A stretch of 64,000 bases of DNA from Nitrospinota bacterium (GCA_022562795.1 JADFOP010000002.1:1-64000); one strand, 5' to 3'. Shown: positions 1 to 10,518, counted from the stretch's first letter. Notes: a model not told the origin generated them from the letters alone. Made by a program: numbers and translations.

Positions 1-48
1 CTTGGAGCCCTATAGACACCGCCACAAATATTTCTAACGCTCCGCTGT

Positions 49-435
49 CTACGCATGGCTCTCACGCGTCGAGCCTTGCCCACTCTGAGTTACGTTTTCG
101 ACCCAAAAGGAATGGTACGCCTGCCGAGTAACGTCGACGTACCGCTTGCGTTGAGCGACGAGCGCTTCGGGGCTGAGGCCATTGAACTTTAGGCCCCGCT
201 TCTTGGCAAGGCGAAAATATTGGTTGTCAGCCTCGTTGCAAAACCTGCAGGAGGTTACGATGAAGCGGGGATCGTCACGCTGCGGGTGGTCGTTCGGCAA
301 CAGATGGTCCCATGATAAGCAAAGCCAGTTGGCGAAGGATTCTCGGCCATCAAAGCCACAGTAACGACACTTAAACCTGTCGCGACGCATAATAGAAAAG
401 GCATAGCCACGAAGTGCGTCCGTGTACTGAGGCAT
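49..435 (-). CDS. Stand-alone HNH endonuclease-family protein
   Basis: CRYC...WDHLLP...SCRFCN zinc-finger/HNH pattern. GGAG just upstream of the ATG at 435 (ORF track starts at 441). Confidence 0.75.
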   Translation of the reverse strand: MPQYTDALRGYAFSIMRRDRFKCRYCGFDGRESFANWLCLSWDHLLPNDHPQRDDPRFIVTSCRFCNEADNQYFRLAKKRGLKFNGLSPEALVAQRKRYVDVTRQAYHSFWVENVTQSGQGSTRESHA

Positions 436-468
436 CACCATCTCCAGGTCTAAGTTAGCACGAACTTC

Positions 469-546
469 CTACTTGTGGGCAAGGTTTTGCATCTTCTCAA
501 GAGTAGATGCCATTTCTTTCTTATGCTCAGAAATCTCCTGATTCAC
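469..546 (-). CDS. Putative 25-aa small ORF (MNQEISEHKKEMASTLEKMQNLAHK), in frame with the HNH gene
   Basis: Strong AAGGAGG upstream of a GTG at 546; TAG at 469-471. Confidence 0.35.
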   Translation of the reverse strand: MNQEISEHKKEMASTLEKMQNLAHK

Positions 547-760
547 AGCTAACCCTCCTTGTGGAACGGGAATTGTTCGGTTTCTCAGTACGAACCGGGG
601 AAAATACAGCCCGGCGGGGCATAGAAATCTCCAGGATGAATGTGGGCATCGGGAGCGGGTCTTCCGACCTGCCCCCCTATCATACCAATCCTGGGTGGGT
701 TTTGTCGATGAACGGGTTGTCGTTAAGACGAAAAGGCGGGGCGAATGTCCGTCTAATAAG

Positions 761-955
761 GGGTCGGGGTTCCGCCTTAGGCGGATGGGTGTCCGGCCTT
801 TAGGGCATTAAGGTCTGCTAGGTGGTGTCGGGGTCCGGGGTGACCCCGACTACCCGGGGATGCGGACAGGGATAAACTCCCCGTCCGTACACACGATTTG
901 CCCTCCTAGCCCACGGACAGGGAGTTGCAAGCGACCTTTGGTCGCCATGTCCGTG
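761..955. repeat. Cluster of REP-like palindromes
   Basis: TCCGCCTTAGGCGGA (771-785); GTCGGGGTC..GACCCCGAC (827-850); CGGACAGGGA..TCCCCGTCCG (863-887); CACGGACA..TGTCCGTG (912-955). Confidence 0.55.
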
Positions 956-1026
956 CGGATCGTCCAGCACATATTATTCACAAATAGAGGAGATTGCCCC
1001 ATTGACCGTTCAACCTGCTTGGGGGC

Positions 1027-1075
1027 CGATTTTCCGCGATTTTCCGCGATTTTCCGAATTAGCGTTTTCCGCGAT
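1027..1075. repeat. 10-bp tandem repeat (GATTTTCCGC)n
   Basis: CGATTTTCCGCGATTTTCCGCGATTTTCCG...TTTTCCGCGAT read directly. Confidence 0.8.
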
Positions 1076-1103
1076 GTTTCTGGCCAGGGGCGGGTCGGCT
1101 TTC

Positions 1104-1493
1104 TTACATCCCCCCGAAGAGCTCGTGGTCTTGGATTCTGAGCTCGCCGAAGCGCCCAAGGGCCCACTGCTCGACGGCGGCGCGGATTTCGTTGACGGGG
1201 CGGGGGTACCAGATGTGAAGGTTTCGCAACCAGGTTATTTTCGGGTAGCCGAAGTGCTTCCACGGCCGCGTGCTCGCCTTGTAGGCCTTGAGGTCTTCCC
1301 GGAAGGCCGCATCCAAAAGCCGGACGATCCGCCTGCGGAAGCCCGGCTCTGGCGGGGAGTTGTTCTCAAACGACCCCAGGACGCCGTGTCGGAGAATGTC
1401 CCGGTCCCGCCCTGTGAGCGGCCTGCCGCCGGCCGCGGCCGCCTCCTCGACTTTGCGGAGGAAGAAGGCCTGCGAGGGGGTCGCCCAGTCCAT
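1104..1493 (-). CDS. Hypothetical protein (129 aa)
   Basis: Starts 15 nt after the aminotransferase stop, same strand, with protein-like composition. Confidence 0.6.
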   Translation of the reverse strand: MDWATPSQAFFLRKVEEAAAAGGRPLTGRDRDILRHGVLGSFENNSPPEPGFRRRIVRLLDAAFREDLKAYKASTRPWKHFGYPKITWLRNLHIWYPRPVNEIRAAVEQWALGRFGELRIQDHELFGGM

Positions 1494-1508
1494 GGGAGCC
1501 TCGCCTTG

Positions 1509-2669
1509 CTACATCGGCCGAACGGAGCGGAGCGCCTCGGCGGCCTGGGCAAGCGTCTCATCGCGCTTGGAGAAGGTGAAGCGAATCTGGCGGCGGCCGA
1601 GCTCGGGCCGGGAGTAGAAGCTGCTCCCGGGCACGGTGGCTATCTTGTGGTCGCGGACGAGGTGGAGGGCGAAGGCGATGTCGTCCTCCCAGCCGAAGGC
1701 CTCGATGTCGGCCAATATGTAATAGGCGCCCTCGGGCCGGTAGGTTTTGAAGCCAACCTCCTCGAGCGCGCTCAAGAGGAACTCCCGCTTGGCGGCGTAC
1801 ATGGCGCGGAGCTCCTCGTAGAAGGTATCGGGGAGACCAAGCGCGACCGCCGCCGCCTCCTGGAGGGGCGCCGGGGCGCCGACGGTGCAGAAGTCGTGGA
1901 TCTTCCGGATAGCTCCGGTGATGGCCTCAGAGGCGACGCACCAGCCGATCCTCCACCCCGTAACCGAGTAGGTCTTGGAGCAACCGCTGATGGTGATGGT
2001 GCGCTCGTCCATCCCGTCCAGGCTCGCGATGGAGACGTGGCGGTGGCCGTCGTAGAGGATGTGCTCGTAAATCTCGTCAGTTACGGCGATGACGTCGTGG
2101 GCCTTGCAGAGCTCGGCGATCTCCTCCAGCTCATTCAAGGTAAAGACCTTGCCCGCAGGGTTGTGGGGCGTGTTGATGATGATGGCCTGGGTCTCCTGCG
2201 AGAAGGCCGCGCTAAGCTCCGCCGAATCGTAGGAGAAATCAGGGGGATGGAGAGTAACGTAGCGGGGCCGCGCCCCGCAGATGATGGCGTCGGGGCCGTA
2301 GTTTTCGTAGAAAGGTTCAAAGACGATTATCTCGTCGCCCGGGTCGAGAATGGCGAGCAGCGCCGAGAGCATCGCCTCGGTGGCCCCGCAGCAGACGGTG
2401 ACATGGGCGTCTGGGTCGCAGGGGATGCGGTTGAATTTTCCGGTTTTTTCCGAAATAGCGGCCCGAAGGGTCGGGGAGCCCCACGTGATGGCGTACTGGT
2501 TCACATCGTCGCGGATCGCTCGAACGGCCGCCTCTTTGATGACCTCGGGGGCGGGAAAGTCGGGGAAGCCCTGCGCGAGGTTGACGCCGTCGACCTCGAG
2601 GCACTCCCGGGTCATCTCTCGGATGACGCTTTCGGTGAAGTTGGCGACCTTGGCGGCGACCCTGACCAT
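1509..2669 (-). CDS. PLP-dependent aminotransferase class I/II (methionine/kynurenine aminotransferase-like)
   Basis: NLAQGFPDF, NTPHNP, DEIY and SKTYSVTGWRIG motifs. ATG overlaps the upstream HAD stop (TGATG). Confidence 0.92.
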   Translation of the reverse strand: MVRVAAKVANFTESVIREMTRECLEVDGVNLAQGFPDFPAPEVIKEAAVRAIRDDVNQYAITWGSPTLRAAISEKTGKFNRIPCDPDAHVTVCCGATEAMLSALLAILDPGDEIIVFEPFYENYGPDAIICGARPRYVTLHPPDFSYDSAELSAAFSQETQAIIINTPHNPAGKVFTLNELEEIAELCKAHDVIAVTDEIYEHILYDGHRHVSIASLDGMDERTITISGCSKTYSVTGWRIGWCVASEAITGAIRKIHDFCTVGAPAPLQEAAAVALGLPDTFYEELRAMYAAKREFLLSALEEVGFKTYRPEGAYYILADIEAFGWEDDIAFALHLVRDHKIATVPGSSFYSRPELGRRQIRFTFSKRDETLAQAAEALRSVRPM

Positions 2670-3487
2670 CAGGCCTCTCCCTCGACTGCGATTCCGCACC
2701 AGCGCATGAGTGCCTCAAATACGCCCCGCTCCCTTGGGTTGGCCGTGACGTGGTCGGCGGCCTCCTTGAGGGTCTCATCGGCGTTGGCGACCGCCACCCC
2801 TACGCCGGCCCAGGCAATCATATCGAGGTCGTTTAAGCCATCGCCGATTGCCAGGCAGTTCTCAGGGCCGAGGCCGTAATGCTCAAGGAGAGTCTGGAGG
2901 GCGCGGCCTTTGGATGCCTCGGAGGGCAATACCTCGATGTAGTAAGGCAGAGACTTGAGGATGCGCGCCCGTCCGTCGAGGGCCTCGGCGAGGCGGGCTG
3001 TGATCCGGGGGGCCTCCTCGGGAGGGGCGCGGAAAACCACCGCCGTCGGCTCAGCATCGAGGAAGGCCTCGAGATCCTCCTCCAGGTGGACCGTAACACC
3101 GAGGATCTCACTGTAGCGGGTCGAATACCAACTCTCCCGGTCCGTGTAGACGTGGCCGTCCTGGAAGACGAAGCGGTAGACCTCCGCCTCGGAGCCGACG
3201 GCCCACAGCGCATCGCGCGCGGTGTTGCGATCGATGCGGAGGTCGACCAAGGGGGGGCTAGCATCGAGGCCGCGCACCAGGGCGCCTCCGTAGCTTATGA
3301 TGGGCTCGGTGAGCCCCAACCGCCGGGCAAAGTGCCGGGCGCTAGTCTCCATCCGGTTGGTGGCAAGGGTGATCAGGTAGCCCCGGGCGCGGGCCGACGC
3401 TACGGCCGCCTCCATGGCGGGGCTTAGGTGATGGTCCTCGGTGAGGAGAGTACCGTCGAGGTCGAGAGCAACGAGGCGAATATCCAT
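2669..3487 (-). CDS. Cof-type HAD-IIB hydrolase
   Basis: DLDGTLL, LATNR, SKG and GDGLNDLDM motifs. Confidence 0.92.
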   Translation of the reverse strand: MDIRLVALDLDGTLLTEDHHLSPAMEAAVASARARGYLITLATNRMETSARHFARRLGLTEPIISYGGALVRGLDASPPLVDLRIDRNTARDALWAVGSEAEVYRFVFQDGHVYTDRESWYSTRYSEILGVTVHLEEDLEAFLDAEPTAVVFRAPPEEAPRITARLAEALDGRARILKSLPYYIEVLPSEASKGRALQTLLEHYGLGPENCLAIGDGLNDLDMIAWAGVGVAVANADETLKEAADHVTANPRERGVFEALMRWCGIAVEGEA

Positions 3488-3519
3488 TGTCCCACTTCCG
3501 CCCAAGGGATCAAAGCTCC

Positions 3520-3939
3520 TTATGGGTTGCCCATGGAGAAGGTTTCCACATAGCTGATGACATCCCAGATGTCGCCCTCTTTCAGCTGGCTTCCCCACGG
3601 CGCCATGAGGGGGGAGCGGGGCGGATCCATGGCCGCGCCGCCTTCCTTGATAATCTTGAAGTAATACTCCGCCCACTTATCCCCGTATTGAGGCATGCTC
3701 TTGGAGTAGTCGGCGGGCTTTACCGGCAAATACTCGCCGACGGGGCCGTCGCCTTTGCCTGTCGCCCCATGGCAGGGAAGGCAAAATTGCTCGTAGAGCT
3801 TTTTGCCTGCTTCGGGGTCCCCCTTGCCGGCTAGCACGGCAGATGTGGTCAGCGCTAGCCCAGCCACCGCCGCTACGAGGACGAAAACCGGAAGGCCCAT
3901 CATGACCCGGTAGCGAATGGATGTTTGGTTCTGTTCCAT
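3520..3939 (-). CDS. Periplasmic monoheme cytochrome c
   Basis: Signal/TM segment, CLPCH heme motif, distal MAPW methionine. Confidence 0.9.
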   Translation of the reverse strand: MEQNQTSIRYRVMMGLPVFVLVAAVAGLALTTSAVLAGKGDPEAGKKLYEQFCLPCHGATGKGDGPVGEYLPVKPADYSKSMPQYGDKWAEYYFKIIKEGGAAMDPPRSPLMAPWGSQLKEGDIWDVISYVETFSMGNP

Positions 3940-4261
3940 ATAATTTAACCCCCGGCGGAGCGGTATGGTTCACCCATGCCAGAGCCGAGCGAAATTCGTT
4001 GGCCTCCTCGCCGCCCCGTCCTCAATAAAGTGAGCGGATGTCTGGGAGAGGTCCTCCTCTAAGGCGAAGCTTCATTCTCTCCGACCGCTTGTTCGTCCAT
4101 CCCCAACCAGGACCAGACCGCCTTCAGTGGCGCGGCCCCAGCTGAGGCAGGGTGGCTTGCCAGAGACGGTGGAAGGCCACCGCAGGGTAATGTATCGGCA
4201 TACGCTCCTGATCGTCAAGCCCGGACCGGCGAATTGCGACAGATAGTTCAGCGCCAAGAGA

Positions 4262-5080
4262 TTACCGCAGGCGGGATAATTCCTCTCGCGCCTTCCAATC
4301 CTCGGAGGATAGGGCGAGAATCTCCCGCCACCGTCTCCGCGCTTTGGCGATATCTCCGTCGCGGGCTGCCCACATCGCGTCGCGACAGAGCTTGAACCGC
4401 TTGAGGGAGGCTTTGTAGGCGGCGATGCCCGGCGCCTCGACGATCGCCTCCTCCTCAGTCCAGATGGCTTTGAGGCACCGGCCTAGCGCGTATTGTACCT
4501 CTGCGAGGGTATCGAGAGGCCCGGCATCCATCCGCTCGGTGAGACGGACGGCTTCTTGGGCGTGGGCCAATGCCTCCTTTGGATGGTAGAACGCAGGGTC
4601 CGAGGACGAGACCCATAGCCAGGCGAGGTTGTTGTGGCCGCGGGAGAGCTTTGGGTCCAACCGGATGGCTTCTTGGTAGGCTCGCTCGGCTTCGGCCAAT
4701 CTTCCTAGAGCCTTCAAAACGTTGCCCAGATTCACATGGGCTCCGGAGAGGGCCGGTTGCAAGCGGATGGCCTCTCGGGAGGCGGTCTCCGCCTCGGCGA
4801 GCCGACCGACCTTTTCGTAGGCATATCCCAGACTGAGATAGACCGGGGCAAATCCCGGCTTAAGGCGCTCGGAATCCTCAAACCACTTGATGGCCCTATC
4901 GTAGGAGCCCGCCCTGGAGGCGCCCAAGCCGAAGCGGAAGTACTCTAAGGCCTTCTTCGCCTGCGGGTCGGGCCTAGAGGCGGGCTCTTCCTCGGCAGCG
5001 TGGATGGGTTGGAGAGGCCCGAACGGACCGAGGCTGAGGATGATAACGAGAAGTGCCAGCAACCACAGGTGTCGTCTCAT
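4262..5080 (-). CDS. Secreted tetratricopeptide-repeat protein
   Basis: Signal peptide (MRRHLWLLALL...); TPRs with NNLAW and LDTLA motifs. Confidence 0.85.
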   Translation of the reverse strand: MRRHLWLLALLVIILSLGPFGPLQPIHAAEEEPASRPDPQAKKALEYFRFGLGASRAGSYDRAIKWFEDSERLKPGFAPVYLSLGYAYEKVGRLAEAETASREAIRLQPALSGAHVNLGNVLKALGRLAEAERAYQEAIRLDPKLSRGHNNLAWLWVSSSDPAFYHPKEALAHAQEAVRLTERMDAGPLDTLAEVQYALGRCLKAIWTEEEAIVEAPGIAAYKASLKRFKLCRDAMWAARDGDIAKARRRWREILALSSEDWKAREELSRLR

Positions 5081-5210
5081 ACCTTCGGCTCTCCGCAATC
5101 CACTCGACGCGCGGGGCGTTGTTCTTATCGAGGGGCGTCTCAAGCAGGAGCGAGGGGGCGACGTGCCGTCGGCCCCCTCGCTCAGATATGTGCGGTCGAT
5201 CGCTTAGAGC

Positions 5211-5441
5211 TTAATAGGCGTCGTTGTGCATATCAAACCAGAACATGAATGGAGTGATCAGACCAATCGGAAGGAGCCAAAAGAGGGTGGCGGGTCGGCT
5301 GTCGTCGAAATCAATAACCGACAGGTACGACTCCCCCTGAGCAGCGTGAGCCGACGGGACGTTCATCAGACCCGGCATAGGCCCAAACAGCAAGGCCGCC
5401 ACTACGAGAATCGCCGCGAACATCTTAATCCCTCGCATCAT
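5211..5441 (-). CDS. Small exported/membrane protein (76 aa)
   Basis: AGGAGG RBS, signal peptide ending AHA, C-terminal hydrophobic aromatic segment. Confidence 0.6.
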   Translation of the reverse strand: MMRGIKMFAAILVVAALLFGPMPGLMNVPSAHAAQGESYLSVIDFDDSRPATLFWLLPIGLITPFMFWFDMHNDAY

Positions 5442-5806
5442 CCGTCCTCCTTTCTAGAAGTGCTTCAAGTGGCCATCCCTTTCGGCAGCTGGGTTCCCTT
5501 CGCGTGGTGGAGGCGCCAACAGGACCCTCACAGTCACACAAAGACCCTCAGTGCTGGCTTACTTAGTTTTTAAAAAGCCAAGAGATGGTGTGCAAGAAAC
5601 TCCCAAAATCACTCCTATAATGTCATATCCTGGATCCTATAGCAACAACTTTTTTGCCTTTAATTTCAACGTCCCTCTTGAGGGCCACCATGCTCCAACG
5701 TCGAAAAAACCCCTTGACCCAGAAGCGGTAGGGGCCTAAGCTCAAACCAGCGGGCTGACGGCCGGCTTTTGTACGTCACTCGCCCAAGATAAGAGAGGAT
5801 CGGAAG

Positions 5807-6823
5807 ATGATTATCGTCATGGAGACGGGTGCCGAGTCGTATGAGATCGAAGCGGTAATTTCAAGGATAGAGACCCTGGGATACACCTCTCATCCGATCC
5901 GGGGTGTGCTGCGGACGGTAATAGGGGCGGTCGGGGATGAGCGGGGCAAGGCGGAGCTCCAGGCCCTGGAGGCCATGCCCGGGGTCGAACGGGTTGTGCC
6001 TATCCTTCGGCCTTACAAGCTGGCCAGCAGCGTATTTAAAGAGGCTCCGACGGTCGTCCAAGTTGGGGACGTCCACATTGGGGGGCTCCAGATCGCCGTA
6101 ATAGCGGGCCCATGCGCAGTGGAGAGTAGAGAGCAGCTGCTGGAGACGGCTAACGTCGTCAAGAGCGCGGGGGCTCACGGCTTGCGCGGCGGGGCCTTCA
6201 AGCCCCGCTCCAGTCCCTACACCTTCCAGGGCATGGGAGAGGAGGGCTTGAAGATTCTTGCCGAGGCCCGTCAAATCACAGGCCTTCCCATCGTGACCGA
6301 GGTGATGACTGAGTCCCAGATCGAGATGGTTGCCAGGTACGCCGACGTCCTGCAGGTCGGAGCGAGAAACGTTCAGAACTTTGCCCTCCTGAAGGAGCTT
6401 GGGAAGGTGGAGAAACCGATCCTGCTAAAGCGCGGCATGTCCACGACCATCAGTGAGTACCTGATGAGTGCCGAGTATATACTGTCTGAGGGCAACGATC
6501 AGATCATCCTCTGTGAGCGGGGGATTCGGACCTTCGAGACGGCGACGCGCAATACCCTCGACCTCGCCGCCGTGCCCGTACTCAAGGATGAGACCCACCT
6601 GCCGGTGTTGGTGGACCCGAGCCACGGCACGGGCCAGAGTCAATTGGTACCGGCCATGGCCAAGGCGGCCATCGCAGCCGGGGCGGACGGGTTGCTGATT
6701 GAAGTCCATCCTCGGCCCGAGGAGGCATACTCCGACGGGGCGCAGTCGCTCAAGCCTACAGCGTTTGCGTTGCTCATGAGCGACCTTAAGGCCTTTGCCC
6801 AGGCCGCTGGTCGCCACCTCTGA
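5807..6823 (+). CDS. aroF: DAHP synthase (class I-beta, N-terminal ACT-like regulatory domain)
   Basis: [27 protein letters not shown] and DPSHG motifs. Confidence 0.95.
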   Translation: MIIVMETGAESYEIEAVISRIETLGYTSHPIRGVLRTVIGAVGDERGKAELQALEAMPGVERVVPILRPYKLASSVFKEAPTVVQVGDVHIGGLQIAVIAGPCAVESREQLLETANVVKSAGAHGLRGGAFKPRSSPYTFQGMGEEGLKILAEARQITGLPIVTEVMTESQIEMVARYADVLQVGARNVQNFALLKELGKVEKPILLKRGMSTTISEYLMSAEYILSEGNDQIILCERGIRTFETATRNTLDLAAVPVLKDETHLPVLVDPSHGTGQSQLVPAMAKAAIAAGADGLLIEVHPRPEEAYSDGAQSLKPTAFALLMSDLKAFAQAAGRHL

Positions 6824-6907
6824 GTTCCCTCCCTCCAAAGGTTCTTGCCTCACACCTCAGGCCTCTCTATAATGAGTAGACTTCATTGAAGAACGGGGCT
6901 CGTTGCA

Positions 6908-8845
6908 GTGGAACGAATGGAAAAGCTACTCGGCCCTGGGGGATGGCTCGCCTCAGCCCTGCCAGGCTACGAGTGGCGGCCCGGACAGTTGGAGATGGCC
7001 CGGTCGGTGTATCGTGTCCTCATGGAGCGGGGCTGCCTCCTTGTGGAGGCGGGCACGGGGATTGGCAAAACACTGGCCTACCTGGTACCCATTGTGCTCA
7101 GCGCTCAAAGGGTCATTGTCTCGACCGGCACCAAGGCCCTCCAGGAACAGTTGGTCTTTAAAGACCTCCCCCTCCTCGGCCCCCTGCTGCCTGATAACTA
7201 CCGGGCCGAGCTCGTCAAGGGTCGCCAGAATTACTTGTGCCCGAAGAGGCTCAAGGCGCTCCGCCAGCATCCGCTCCCAGGCCTCGAGCGGGAGACCGCC
7301 ACCCTAGAGCGCATCGAGGAGTGGGCCCAGGTCACGACGACGGGCGACCGGGCCGAGCTGGCCGATTTGCCTGACGACTCGCCCCTCTGGCAGGCTGTCT
7401 GCTCCACGCAAGAGCACTGCGCGGGGGTGGCGTGCGGTGAGCGCGGCTCCTGCTTCATTGCCAGGCTCAAGCAACGGGCGGCAGCGGCGGACCTCTTGGT
7501 GGTAAATCATCACCTCTTCTTCGCCGACATGGCTGTCAAGGAGCGGGGCTTCGGCGAGGTCCTGCCACCCTCGCGGGCGGTGGTCTTCGACGAGGCGCAT
7601 CTTGTGGAAGATGTGGCCACCCAGTATTTCGGCTGTCAGGTCAGCACGTTTCGACTTAGCGAGCTGGTCCGCGACGGCCTACGGCTCTGCGAGCGGGCGG
7701 GCGACGGCCCCCTGGCGCTCGATGGCGCCTTCGTCCGGCTGGGAGAGGCCGTCAGGGTCTTCTTTGAAGCCTTGGGGGCCAGCCCGGAGCGTAAACGGCT
7801 CCGTCCCTCCAACTTGGACGGAGAGGCTTGGGAGGCCTACGGGGGCCTGGAGGGGGCGCTGGAGCACCTCGCAAGCGGGTGCGACGAGGCGTCACGGCTC
7901 GATGAGGATTTCTCGGCTTTGGCGAACCGGGCCAGGGAAATCCGACACGATCTTGCCGATATTCTCTCCGACGAGGGGAAGACCGTCTCATGGATTGAGG
8001 AGCGAGGCGGAGGGAGCTTTCTACAGGCGGCCCCCATCGAGGTCGGCCCCCTCCTAGAGGAGCGGCTTTTCGGGGCGGTGCGCTCAGCCGTACTCACCTC
8101 TGCGACCCTGACCGCCGCCGGAAGCTTCGAATACGTGGCTGAACGGCTCGGCTGCCAGGGGGCCGAGGAGCTGGTCGTGGAATCTCCCTTTGATTATCAG
8201 CGCCAAGCGCTCTTATATGTTCCGCCCCCACCCATGCCCCTGCCCACTGAGGAGGGGTTCATCGCGGCAATGACCGAGCAGCTCCGCTCCCTGCTTCACT
8301 GCACGAAGGGCCGGGCGCTATGCCTCTTTACCAGTGTCCGGCACATGCGCTCGGCGTACGACGCCCTTGCCGGCGAGCTCCCCTATCCATGTCTCGTCCA
8401 GGGCGAGAGGCCCAAGCATGTGCTCCTGGCAGAGTTCCGAGAGGCTGTCGCAAGCGTCCTATTCGCCACGACAAGCTTCTGGCAGGGCATAGATTTGGTG
8501 GGAGAGACCTTAAGCTGCGTGGTCGTGGACCGCCTTCCCTTCGCTGTGCCGACCGAGCCCCTGGTTGAGGCCCGCTGCGAGGCGATCGAGGCTGCAGGCG
8601 GCAACCCTTTCCTCGACTACCAGGTGCCGGAGGCCATAATCCTCCTGAAGCAGGGTCTCGGACGACTCATCCGCTCGACCACAGAGAGAGGGGTTCTGGC
8701 CGTCCTCGACCGCCGCCTCTTGACTCGTCCCTATGGGCGCTCGTTCCTGACAAGCCTCCCTCCCTGTCGGCTGACGAGCCACCTGGGGGCCCTTTCGACC
8801 TTTCTGGAGCATGGAAGAGTGCCGGAGGCCGTGAGAGTAGAATGA
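6908..8845 (+). CDS. dinG: ATP-dependent DNA helicase, DinG/YoaA family
   Basis: [17 protein letters not shown], Fe-S cysteines, [12 protein letters not shown]. Confidence 0.92.
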   Translation: MERMEKLLGPGGWLASALPGYEWRPGQLEMARSVYRVLMERGCLLVEAGTGIGKTLAYLVPIVLSAQRVIVSTGTKALQEQLVFKDLPLLGPLLPDNYRAELVKGRQNYLCPKRLKALRQHPLPGLERETATLERIEEWAQVTTTGDRAELADLPDDSPLWQAVCSTQEHCAGVACGERGSCFIARLKQRAAAADLLVVNHHLFFADMAVKERGFGEVLPPSRAVVFDEAHLVEDVATQYFGCQVSTFRLSELVRDGLRLCERAGDGPLALDGAFVRLGEAVRVFFEALGASPERKRLRPSNLDGEAWEAYGGLEGALEHLASGCDEASRLDEDFSALANRAREIRHDLADILSDEGKTVSWIEERGGGSFLQAAPIEVGPLLEERLFGAVRSAVLTSATLTAAGSFEYVAERLGCQGAEELVVESPFDYQRQALLYVPPPPMPLPTEEGFIAAMTEQLRSLLHCTKGRALCLFTSVRHMRSAYDALAGELPYPCLVQGERPKHVLLAEFREAVASVLFATTSFWQGIDLVGETLSCVVVDRLPFAVPTEPLVEARCEAIEAAGGNPFLDYQVPEAIILLKQGLGRLIRSTTERGVLAVLDRRLLTRPYGRSFLTSLPPCRLTSHLGALSTFLEHGRVPEAVRVE

Positions 8846-10518
8846 TTGCTAATCGCCTGGAGAGCAAAATATTCTGGTTGGTCATAATCCCGCTCATTCT
8901 GTGCTTTACGGCCCTGCTGATTGTGGGCATCGATAAAGAGACCCGCGAGCTCTTCAAGCAGGAGAGGCGGAAGCTCGGCATTTTGAGTCGTGTTATGAGC
9001 CAAGGCATCACAAATTCTCTCCGCCAGGAGGGCCCGCATCGCCTCCGGGGCCTCGTAAAGGATTTCCGGCACCTCGGTGAGGTCAAAACGCTGGCAATTC
9101 TCACCCCGGAGGGGCGCTACGGGCTGGTTGAAGAGCTTGGTCCCGTGCGGAAGCCCTCTCCCGAAAGCAAGGGGCGCATTGCGCAGGAGAGCGGCTCTAC
9201 CCCTCGAGCCCCTATCGCCCAGCACCCCGCCTTCCAAGCGGTGGTGGCCTCCAAGGCGCCCAGGAATTTTCAGCAACTCGTCGATGGTCAGCCCCGCTAC
9301 ACCGCATTGATGCCCCTACTCAATGAGAGCCGCTGCCAAGAATGCCACACTGATGGCAAGGCCGTGGTTGGGGTCCTCCAGGTCTCCACCTCCTTGGAGG
9401 AAACCATCGCGGAGATTCATAAGATCAAGTTCCGCCTCATTCTCTCCAGCGTCCTGTCCGTATTCATCATCGGAGTGATCTTGCGCTGGCTGCTCAAGGT
9501 CTTCATTCTACGCCCGATAAAAGAGGTGGCCGATACAATCCGCCAGGTGGCCGCCGGTGACCTCACACGTCAGGTGCGGGTGGATAGCAAGGACGAACTG
9601 GGAGAGCTCGCGACCGATTTTAACCGCATGGCGGCGAGCCTCAGGCGCTCTCAGGAGGAGCTTCGTGAGTGGAATATCCGCCTCGACCAAGAGGTCAAGC
9701 ATCAGACGGCGGACCTGAAGGCGGCCAACCTCAAGCTCGAGACCCAGCAGGAGAGGATTCGGCGCGACCTGAAGCTGGCCGAGAAGGTGCAGACGAACCT
9801 AATTCCCCATCCCCTGGTGCTGGACGGCCTGGAGGTTGGCGTTACCTACATTCCCCACTTGGAAATCGGGGGTGATGCCGCCGAGATTCTAGCCTTGGAC
9901 GACCATAGAGCTTTCGTGGCGTGCTTCGACGTGACGGGCCACGGCATCGCCGCCGCCTTGGTCTCTAACAGTATTCAGGGTGAAGTTCGCCGCCTCATGC
10001 GCGACGGGGCCTCCCCGGGTGAGATTTTAGTCCGGCTCAACCGGTTTATTACCCGAGGGTTTCTCGGAACGGGCATGTTTGCCACCTTCGTGTGCGGTTG
10101 TTTCGATCTCGAAGCGGGAACCCTCACTTACGCCGGGGGCGCCCATCCGGCCCTGCTCCACTGGCGGGCGGCTGAGGAGAGGGTCGTGCCCCTCCTCTCA
10201 TCGGGGCGTCTGCTAGGGGTCTTCGAGGAGATGGACGAGCCGGCGGCTCTGGAGGCCACCGTGCCCCTGGGGCCAGGCGATAGGGTCGTCTTTTACACCG
10301 ACGGGGTGGTGGAGGTGGCTGACGATGCCCGCAACATGCTCGGCGAGGAGGGCCTGGAGGCCATAGTGGCCCAACACGGGGCGAAGGCGCCAGAAGACCT
10401 CATGGCTGTCATCCTAAAGAGCATTGCAGACTACAACGCCTCCGATTCCTTCCGGGACGATGTCCTCCTGATGGTGGCCGGCGTCCGTAACGATGCGTCC
10501 TTTGTTACCAGCTCGTAG
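8842..10518 (+). CDS. Membrane SpoIIE/RsbU-type PP2C phosphatase with periplasmic CxxCH sensor and HAMP domain
   Basis: Two TMs flanking CQECH; HAMP (DELGELA..FNRM); PP2C motifs GGD, DVTGHG, TDG, DD. Confidence 0.9.
   Translation: MIANRLESKIFWLVIIPLILCFTALLIVGIDKETRELFKQERRKLGILSRVMSQGITNSLRQEGPHRLRGLVKDFRHLGEVKTLAILTPEGRYGLVEELGPVRKPSPESKGRIAQESGSTPRAPIAQHPAFQAVVASKAPRNFQQLVDGQPRYTALMPLLNESRCQECHTDGKAVVGVLQVSTSLEETIAEIHKIKFRLILSSVLSVFIIGVILRWLLKVFILRPIKEVADTIRQVAAGDLTRQVRVDSKDELGELATDFNRMAASLRRSQEELREWNIRLDQEVKHQTADLKAANLKLETQQERIRRDLKLAEKVQTNLIPHPLVLDGLEVGVTYIPHLEIGGDAAEILALDDHRAFVACFDVTGHGIAAALVSNSIQGEVRRLMRDGASPGEILVRLNRFITRGFLGTGMFATFVCGCFDLEAGTLTYAGGAHPALLHWRAAEERVVPLLSSGRLLGVFEEMDEPAALEATVPLGPGDRVVFYTDGVVEVADDARNMLGEEGLEAIVAQHGAKAPEDLMAVILKSIADYNASDSFRDDVLLMVAGVRNDASFVTSS

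Noticed and set aside
30-100. Integron attC-like TCTAAC...GTTAC near the HNH gene end
   Set aside because: Core sites are not complementary, no convincing internal palindrome, and no integrase in the window.
1002-2879. 625-aa plus-strand ORF and many other long overlapping ORFs (for example 46806-48485, 58791-59789, 60879-61829)
   Set aside because: Antisense or alternate-frame shadows of well-supported genes in a GC-rich genome, with no recognisable motifs.
3974-4257. Riboswitch or small ORF upstream of the cytochrome c gene
   Set aside because: Only a promoter-like TTGACG..TACATT was seen, with no recognisable RNA family motif or credible ORF.
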